DNA of 64,000 nucleotides from Octopus bimaculoides (lineage: Eukaryota): the NCBI RefSeq assembly GCF_001194135.2, contig NC_068988.1:44714084-44778083 (forward strand), read 5' to 3'. The notes under the pieces were generated by a model. It was not told the origin of the DNA and did no database searches. It saw nothing but the letters and a program-made list of their open reading frames with translations. Shown here in pieces: positions 51,680-64,000 of the stretch. Position 1 is the stretch's first letter; each line of letters begins with the position of its first letter. Both the position numbers and the translations under genes were made by a program.

Positions 51680-53059
51680 GATCTATCATCCATCCATCGG
51701 TCTGTCCGTCTCTCTCACTCTCCCTCTGTATATATACACATTCATACTAACATATATAATATAATACACACACATGACCTAAAAGTTCTTTAAAATTTCG
51801 TCCTATGTTTCATATTTCGCCATCATCTGAATCGAAACTATGAAAATCTCAGAGTAACGGTTTGTAAATTGTCATTTTTCAGTCAAATAACTTACTCTAA
51901 TTTTAGTATTGAATACTTTCTGATCCTCCTGTAAGCATTTGCGCGTATACATTCCATCCGCATACGTACACACACAAAATAGGCATGCGCTTTCTCTGCT
52001 TTATGTAAATAGTTATACAAATAAATATTCAATTAATGAAATAAAGACAAAATAAGAATTACCACATCATTATATTGTGTACAAATATTCCTTCGGCGGG
52101 ATCTTATAATAAGAATTTAGCCATTACCAAAACTCACGAGCTGTGTTTTGTGCTACGACCTCATTTTTGTTTCCGATATAATTATATTTTACTTTTGTTC
52201 CTTTTCGTTACGTTTTATGTGTTTTTACTTTCTTAAGAAATGTCCACATAACGTTGGAAGGATCTGAATGGAATGCAATTAAAGGTATGATGTAGCAGAT
52301 AATTTGCCATTAGTGATAAAATGAAGAACATAATTTTGTTTACCAAAAAGAAATATTAGAGGAATAAAAAACAGCAAAACATACTTTATCTAATCAGACC
52401 TCAAAAACAAAACTTACCGAAAGATGAAAGAATTGTTTAGAGAGTAGGGAAGGTAGGAGCAATGAGTGTAAATTTGCCGAGGGAGAAGAGATAGACAGAA
52501 AGAAATGGAGATAAAGAATGAGAAAGAGAGGACATTTACACATCTCTTGTATGTATTCATGTTGTTGATAACTATAACGGTTTTGGAGATGGGAAATACA
52601 AACAGAAACTAATTTGTAGATTTTTTTGTCTCAAATTTCATTACTTGTTTAGCTAAAGGTAATTTGGAGAGCTGTATCAAGTGGAGTCGATAGAATTCTG
52701 GTCTACAGGCTGAAGGATTGACAGTTCTTATCTCTTCATAGGTAAAACGGTATGTCTTTCCGTCACTCCTTTACAAAGACACACAACCCACATCTAATTT
52801 GCTCATCTGTAAATAGTTACCACGGATAAGGTAGTTTTACTGCTATGAGGAGCTGCGAATTTGTGTAACTGATGAGGATTTTGTTTTGTATACTTGTTGC
52901 GCTATGTTGCAGTGTTACTCGTTAATCGTACCATCAGAGAAACAAACTGATTAGCAAGAGTTATTGTCAATGAAACCTTTCTTTTATGGAATTTCTGTCA
53001 TCAATATATTGAGAATACGTTTTGTGTTAACTTCCATGTATTAAGTAAAACTTTCCCAA

Positions 53060-54240
53060 TGTGGATGTTGTATATTTTGATAACATTTCATAACATAAAT
53101 GACAAATTTCGAATATCGACGATGTAGTTTCCAAACGTAAATAATATTCAACAGTGATGTAAACACACTGTGCTAATGATATCAGTTTATAAAGTAAACG
53201 ATAGCGTTAATAAGGGTAACGAAAATCTTACATATTGTAAAAGATGTCAATTCACAACGTTATTAATATAAATTAACGACGTCATTAATTTAACTTTATT
53301 ATCTCTAAATATTGACCCCTTAAAGGTCTATGGTAACTTTCACAAAGTGAATGGTAATGTCAATAAGACAATTAAATAAAAATGATAATAATGTTATTAA
53401 AATACATCAATGATATTAGTGATATAATTTCATAAAATCTGTTTCAAAACGTCAATAATGTAATTTAACAAAGTTAAAGATCACTTTCAAATGATAATGA
53501 TATATTCTGACATCAATGATCATGACATTTGTATTGACACGAATATACTTTCACAAAATTAGTTCCGCAATTCCACAATATCGATGATGTTATTCACAAG
53601 GTCAGTGAGTTAATTTTACAATCTTATTGGTATAATGAGGAGTGGTGTAATATCCTTGACGTCAATGAGGAGTAGCGTAATATCATTGACGTAAATCCAC
53701 AACGCCAATATCGTAACTTTACAACGGTGTATATAACTTCACAACGTTACTAATGTAAATTTTCAACGTCAGCTTTCTAATTTCAGTAAGTAAAAGATGT
53801 ATTTTAACTAAGTCAGCATTGTAGTTTCACAGTGTAAGTTACACCATATCAAAATATGAATAATGTAATATCAGAGCGTCGATATTACGGAGATGTTAGT
53901 TCAAAACGTTAATGTTCGAAGTATCATTAAAAGTCGATACTGAAATTTCACAACGTCAATGCTGCTATTTTCAAGCGTTACCAACGTAATTTCACAAAGT
54001 CAATCACATTAGTTTTGAAACATGTATGAAGCTGTAAGTTTACGAGTCTTTGATGCAATTTTCTAACCTCACTAATGTTATTTTACAACGGCAATGACAT
54101 AATTTACTAAATTCAAAGACATAATTTTGCAGTGCTAATATTGCAACTTGTAGATGGTCACTAAAAAAAAAATTTACGGTATATATTATGTCAATTCACG
54201 ATTTTCGTGATGTTACTTGAAAATGTCGATGTTGCAATTT
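53060..54240. repeat. Degenerate 22-bp satellite, block 1
   Basis: Recurrent atttcacaacgtcaatgatgta-like units, e.g. at 53945-54010. Confidence 0.8.
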
Positions 54241-54244
54241 TTCA

Positions 54245-54405
54245 ACGATTGCGTAGTTGAGGAGTTTGCTTTGCAACCATGCGCATTCCAGTTAAGTCTC
54301 ACTCCATGATACCTTAGGCAAGAATTTCGACTATAGTCCCAAGCCGACCAATGCTTTGAGAGTGAATTCGGTAGACGGTAGCTGTATGGCAGCCCGTCGT
54401 GTATA
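54245..54405 (+). mobile_element. SINE family B head inserted in the satellite
   Basis: gagtttgctttgcaaccatg...ccttaggcaagaatttcgactatagtccc...ggtagacgg...gcccgtcgtgtata. Confidence 0.75.
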
Positions 54406-55509
54406 TATATATATATATAACGGTGTTTTATAACCGGTGCTATTGAGAAGAAATGAAGAGTGGCAAATTGTAGGTTACCAACTTATAACGGGTTTGACTT
54501 GGAAGGGATAATAAATATAAATATTACTTGAATAGGAATCTATGGTGATAAACCCGTCACTTATAACTTAATTATAAGCATTTATCACCATACATAAATC
54601 TTAACTCAAGGTGCGTAAACGCCGTGGTGAATTATACACACCACAGGACGCTGAACGTGCATGTATGTTGAAGATAATAAAGCTAGCTCTTTTTCACCGC
54701 TATAATAACTGTTTCATAGTCGCAGAAATAAATTTCATCAACAGGTTGAAGAAAATGAAGAAAAAGAAATTATTTACTAAATTAGTTGATCTACGTACAT
54801 TTAATATTTACTGTACATTTTTATAAGTCAAAGGAAGACTGTCGTAGAGTTACGACATAAAATTTATATTAACTAATTCTTCCATAACTAAGCTACTAGA
54901 GTTTTAATCAACAATTCAAAACAGCCTTGCTGAATTAGATAATAGACATGGCATAACAATAGCCAATATCTCAAGGGAGTGAGTATCGTGGAATTGGGGT
55001 ACAACCAACGAACACTGATTAATTTCCCCAAATTAAGTGTTTTTATAACTGCTCATACCTGAATTCTAAGAACCGTATTTCGTGAAAGATTTCTCTCTGA
55101 CGAAAGTTAGAATTCAAATATGGGCAGTGATTTTAATCAATGAGAAACTAACAATTATACCTATTCGGGCAACATGACCATTACGTCATATTACTACCGA
55201 TAAAGGTCGCTACATAAGCCCTCATCCAGAAAAACTGTTAAAATTTTGCGAAAAAAGAAAAGAATATTAATTATACAAATATATTTCAGTACATAGTTGG
55301 AATTAATATTTTTAGCAAGTCAAATATACAAATTTACAAATATATCCACATGTTGAACAAATGAAAATTACCGCGCATCACGGTTTTACAATAATACAGC
55401 GTTCATGGAAAGTTTATCAAATCGTTCAATATAATTTCTCTGGATAAAAATTATAAAACCTTTAAAAAAACATCCAGGAATATAAAAGTCCACGAGGATT
55501 ATATTCAAA

Positions 55510-55865
55510 CAAACTGAGAAGGTCTTTTGGGAAAATGTACAATTCTACCACTTCTAGTTTTCTTTTCGCTGGTAGCTGATTTTTAAATTGACTTGTGGAT
55601 CTTTTCCTCAACCTTAAGTTCACTGACTTGTGAATTGTTCTGTTTCGAGTTATTTTGAAATGTGTTGCTCAAATTTTTATTCTCATTACATGAAGACTGG
55701 TCAAAATAAACTATTTTAACTCTGTCTAAACTGACAACTTACTTTTTACCATGCATATCCAAGGTCATAGTTTTATCTTTAATTGACAAAACTTTAAAAG
55801 GTCCAGTGTATTTATAATTCAATGAATGATGACTGGCCTCATTACGTACAAATACATCTGTATGA
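55510..55865 (-). mobile_element. Ty3/Gypsy integrase C-terminal remnant
   Basis: DVFVRNEASHHSLNYKYTGPFKVLSIKDKTMTLDMHGKK*VVSLDRVK is the GPY/F module (VFVRxDxxxxxLxxxYxGPFxV...VSxDRLK). Confidence 0.85.
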
Positions 55866-55924
55866 GTGTTTGTGTGTGTTTCATTTTTGGCTTTGTGTTT
55901 TGCACCGCCCCCACTTGACAAATG

Positions 55925-56090
55925 GTATGGTTGGTTGGTTTGTTTACATCTTCATAGCCTAGTGGTTCACCAAAAGTAATCGATAGAATAAATAGCAGAT
56001 TTTAAAATAAGTACTGGTGTCGATTTGCTCGACTAAATCATTGAAGGTGTTGCCCTAGAACGGTCACAGCGCAATGACTGAAGTAAAATA
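55925..56090 (+). mobile_element. SINE family B, 3' half
   Basis: cgatagaataaatagcag...agtactggtgtcgatttgctcgactaa...gcaatgactgaagtaaaa. Confidence 0.75.
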
Positions 56091-56139
56091 ACCTATAAAA
56101 TATAACTGAATATAAATTTTTAACATTAACAAGAAATAA

Positions 56140-59785
<3,646 letters not shown>

Positions 59786-59799
59786 CATACACAATACAC

Positions 59800-60335
59800 A
59801 AATGTCAAAAATACTTCAACAAAATTATTGGATGTTTTGTGTAAATTGCGAAACGAATGTATATGTTGTCTGTATATGGTTGTATAAATAGCATGTGTTA
59901 CACCAATGTAGTTTTTGAAATTTTCTTTCTATTACAATGCTATTGCCTTATAGATTATTATTTTTTTAAGGAAATTTCCATCTAACGGACATTTCCTTTT
60001 GATTGCTGGATATGGGTTTCTAGATATACAGTTGATATGACTTATATGATAAGTCTTGTGCAGCTGCAGCTACTTTTATTTTGTTCCTATTCACTAACTT
60101 GCATTATGTATAGGAGAATGAGGGCTGGATAATGATTAATATTAAGAAGCTGCTGGCAGCATTTCTCGCTATGTTTAAACTGAAGAACGGGTTTAACCAG
60201 ATGATGTTTCTTTTCATTGTTTTGTTTGGAACATGGTTCATTTGTGTGATTTTGGTTATGTATTTTAAGTTTTCTTTGAAACTGCTTTCGGGATTTCATT
60301 GTAGAATGGCCCCGCTTCGTCGAATATTATAATGC
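59800..60335 (-). mobile_element. Penelope-like element, RT C-terminus to GIY-YIG remnant
   Basis: Minus strand DEAGPFYNEI...KRNIIWLNPFFSLNI...NRNKIKV...KRKCPLDGNFL...IIYKA...NYIGVT matches the PLE linker RNIIWFNPPYSxNV and CPLxGxCL...VIY...YIG. Confidence 0.8.
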
Positions 60336-60942
60336 TGGGTTATATTGTGGCAATTTCTGTGGTAGTAGTGACGTGTATCTCCATCGTTCGATAATAAGGA
60401 TCCACATACAGACATATGCAAATTCAATTCTTTCTACATGATAACTTTAGTTGCACCTATATACACAAGCAACAAACACCAAACCACGTACGTTGTTAGA
60501 CATACGTGCAATAATTCTCATACAAGCTGTAATACGTCTCACTAACAAACAATAACTCATATGCACATGTACACTCGTTTACACACATTTACATAAACTT
60601 AGACGCACACACATATACCTAAACATAAAAACTCAATTCTACATGTAGATACTTACATCTGACTCGAACGTACATAGACCCTCACACAAACCCTTGAAAA
60701 AACATCTATACACACAAAAACAATTACTTGCACGCATTCACACAATTGCATGAACGCATGTGATGCACAATTTTTCACGCAATCACAGATGCACTTAGTG
60801 TCTCACGCGCACACATACATGATTGCTTCTACACACATACAAATAGGTGCAATCGTTCCCTTGCACCAATGGCAATGAGTTATAAAATTGGTGATGTTTC
60901 TTCACAATACTGATTAACGTATGCCGCTTTTCAGCCGATATC

Positions 60943-61140
<198 letters not shown>

Positions 61141-61149
61141 ATAACATAA

Positions 61150-61495
61150 AATACACAAACTACATAAAATACAGAATAGACAAGACATCAGAAAGTGATA
61201 AGTGCAGAAGTGATAAGGGGAAAATGAAAGTGAAGACAGTGCCAATTATTGTTGGGTCCTTGGGAACAGTATCAGAAGGCATCAAGAGGAATATAAAGGA
61301 AATTGGAATAGAATGCCCAGTAGAACTGTTACAAAAGTTTTGCCTCTTTGGCACGGCCAGATAATAATAATCAGGAAAGTATTAGATAGCTGAAAAGAAC
61401 GGATAGCATGGCACCGCTGGTTACCGGTGGTAAACCCGCTATGTATGCAAGACGCCAGGAACTCCAACAAAACCTGTGATAAAGAGAAAAATAAT
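61150..61495 (+). mobile_element. R4/Dong-clade non-LTR element, 3' end with internal deletion
   Basis: TNYIKYRIDKTSESDKCR, then a deletion of the CCHC/PD-D core, then KVKTVPIIVGSLGTV...VELLQKFCLFGTAR / IIRKVLDS*. A short 3' UTR ends in aataat. Confidence 0.85.
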
Positions 61496-61502
61496 AATGA
61501 TA

Positions 61503-61585
<83 letters not shown>

Positions 61586-61586
61586 A

Positions 61587-61620
<34 letters not shown>

Positions 61621-61621
<1 letters not shown>

Positions 61622-61985
61622 ATGGATGATCTCAATCTGTATATGAAAAATGACATACACCTAGACACTGATCCAAACAGTGAGAGCATTCATAAAATAT
61701 ATTGATATGCAGTTTGAGTAAAGTGCGCAATGCAAATCAAGAAGAGAGGCCGGAAGGTAAATTCTGATGGCATAACATTACCGCAAGGCAACATCATTAG
61801 ATCGCTGTGGAATAATTAGGGGTAGAAATATCTAGGAGTGCTGCAAGATAATAAGGAGAAATGAGAAACTTAATGAGTACAAGCAGAGAATTAAGAAGGC
61901 GCTCGAAACAAAATCAAACGGAGGGGACATCATAAAAGCCATAAATACATGACCTATGCCCGCATTAAGACACTCTTCTTCGTCA
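61621..61985 (+). mobile_element. R4/Dong RT fragment starting at MDDL
   Basis: MDDLNLYMKND...KCAM..KKRG..VNSDGITLPQGNIIRSL...KYLGVLQ...EYKQRIKKALETKSNGGDIIKAINT. Confidence 0.85.
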
Positions 61986-63160
61986 ACGAGAAAAGATTTG
62001 GGATAATCATAGAAGAGTTTAAATAGCGTATCATAGCAACAGCTGGTAAGCTTTCCCGATAGCAGAAAAGAAGAGATCTGTATCAACAGAACAAATTATT
62101 TCATAGGGACCAGAGATATTATCGCCGATCAAATAGTGAAGAAATTACTGAAGCTGAGATGCTTGTGAAGAAGAAGTTAGCAAGTTCTGGAGCCAATTAT
62201 TCGTAATGGTGATACAGAATGGTTTAAGAAAGAGTGGGAAGAAATAGTTGGGGAGATCTAAAGCTAGCAAGTGAAATAATGTGTAAAGTGTTGGGAAGAA
62301 AGGGACCAAAACCAGTTTTTGTTCAAGGGTACCGGTTAAAGAAATTTAGTAGCTAACACGGGAGATTGAGGGAATAACTTCAGGATTGCCTGAATAGAGG
62401 AGTGATACCTAATCTGATGACTAGAGGGAGAGCAGTACTACCGATGAAAGACAAAAACAGGGGCAATATAGCTAGTAATTATAAACCAATCACTTACTCA
62501 CCATTAGTGCGAAAGCTATTACCAGAAATGTTCTCAGAAAGCGTTTAGAGGCATCTTCACAGTCAGAATTTACTTCCAGAAGAACAGAAAGGTTAAAGCA
62601 GTTCTAAAAGAAGTGAAATCTTAAAAGAAAAATTAAATGGCATAGATAGATCATTAAAAAAAGCCTATGGCATGATTTTGCACTTTTGCATAAGTGAATG
62701 CTTGAGTATATTCAGTTTGCAGACAACATAACAGAGTTAATTAGCTATAGCATGCAGAAATGGAAAGTAGCTCTCTACTCAGGTGACACAGCTGTAGGGA
62801 AAGTTAACATCAAGAAGGGAATTTTCCAAGGAGACTCGTTATCCTCTTTAACATTTGTGTTATGCTTAATCTTCCTCAGCTTAGTAGGATGATCTGAATC
62901 TTTTCGGTAACAATAAAAAAGAGATAGATTCCTTAATACAAATTGAAAGACTATTCAGCAAAAATATAGGTATGGAATCTGGAATAGATAAGAGCGTAAC
63001 ATATGTCATAAATAAAGGGACAGGTAGTCAGCAGTGAAGGCACTCAGTTACCAGATGGCCATATATTAAAATCATTGGAAGGAAAAAGTTATATTTAAGA
63101 GTACTAAAATCTGGCAGAATACTAAGTATATAAATGAAAACTAAAATTGAGGAGTACATC
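61985..63160 (+). mobile_element. Second R4/Dong ORF fragment including RT subdomains
   Basis: SKFWSQL; MTRGRAVL.MKDK...IASNYKPIT; LPEEQKG; KKAY; KVNIKKGIFQGDSLSSLTFVLCL; DDLNLFGN; EG.QLPDG. Confidence 0.88.
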
Positions 63161-63353
63161 AGCTTCACATGTAGTCAATGACTTATTGGGGCACTCAGTG
63201 GCTGGTTATTTTCCACTCAGCAAAAGAACCTAACTTCTTTCCAGTAATCGTTACAAGAACTCTGATCATATTTCTATTTTTATGTGTTTCGTGTTTTTTC
63301 TTGTGTCTTTGAATGTTTGTCAGTAAAGTTTATCATTTTTCAAAAGATCTTAC

Positions 63354-63770
63354 TTGGACACGAGTACGGCTATTCATTCGAACAGCGAACGAAGTGCAAA
63401 CAACTTTGGATGTAAGCTGTGCTGTAGAATCTTTGCAACTGTGAGAGGCTTGAAGATACATCAGGGAAAGACTTGTAAGAAGAGAACAGAGCAGTGTGGA
63501 TCATCTGATCGTAAAACACGTGGCAAATCATCCCTGGACTCAAACCACAGCGGATCGATAAATGCTACAGCAAAGACCTCTTCTCGACAGTAAACCGCAA
63601 GTTATGAAACTGGTGGATCAGATAGTACTCGGAGGAAATCGAGGGTTTTATGGCCTGCTGCTAATTAGAAAGGAAAATATAAAGAGTTTTAAAACAAGGT
63701 ATGTCGAGAACTTTATAAAATGACAGGTTCTGCAGTGGAGAAACTGGGAAAATTAACAAGCTCAGTTTGA
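63354..63770 (+). mobile_element. N-terminus of an RLE-type non-LTR element (HERO/NeSL-like) with a C2HC zinc finger
   Basis: CKLCCRIFATVRGLKIHQGKTC zinc finger, then RRKSRVLWPAAN*KGKYKEF*NKVCRELYKMTGSAVEKL, similar to the HERO-type RRxRIKWP motif. Confidence 0.65.
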
Positions 63771-64000
63771 GAGGTAGGCTCCGAAAGGGCGCGTATTCTC
63801 TCCTGATGACCCCACACACTTGCTGGCTCCCGGTATGCGGAGTTCTAGACTGGTAGCACTTGCATGTGCAAGTTCTTTGCAAGACATCAAAGTAAATTCT
63901 CGGTTTTGTTTTATCGGATGTATTTATCATCTTTGTAAGTTTGTTATCCATTTTTTCAATAATGTCGCCACATTTAAGCTAATGCCTCTGTTAGCATTAT

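Noticed and set aside
52405-52420. Consensus minus-strand donors (GTAAGT) at about 52412 and about 29303
   Set aside because: No acceptor or open exon could be paired with either.
63780-63815. ccgaaagggcgcgta...cctgatgacc as a hammerhead
   Set aside because: Stems II and III do not pair.

Overview
Eukaryotic, AT-rich, repeat-saturated draft-assembly window with ten N-gaps. It has no confidently identifiable host protein-coding gene, rRNA, true tRNA or CRISPR array, and nearly all long ORFs in the supplied track are microsatellite or N-gap translations. The SINE families, LINE mix and microsatellite load resemble an Octopus (coleoid cephalopod) genome; this is inference, not verified. Content: about 25 tRNA-derived SINE copies in three families; decayed LINEs (CR1, RTE, R4/Dong, HERO/NeSL-like); Penelope-like elements (two GIY-YIG remnants sit next to hammerhead-ribozyme-like motifs); Ty3/Gypsy gag and integrase remnants; and DNA-transposon derivatives (mariner, piggyBac, hAT, Helentron-type HINE). 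The most unusual structures are four. (1) A ~5 kb highly diverged but strictly 22-bp-phased satellite built on ACGTCA/TGACGT half-sites (about 53.1-54.2 and 56.1-59.8 kb). (2) A 37-bp minisatellite that appears to have amplified from inside an RTE ORF (30.2-30.7 kb). (3) Degenerate minimal hammerheads in Penelope-like termini. (4) A cluster of hairpins at 54.5-55.1 kb, one of them pre-miRNA-like. All protein assignments come from manual translation and remembered family motifs; boundaries are approximate unless TIR/TSD bases are quoted.
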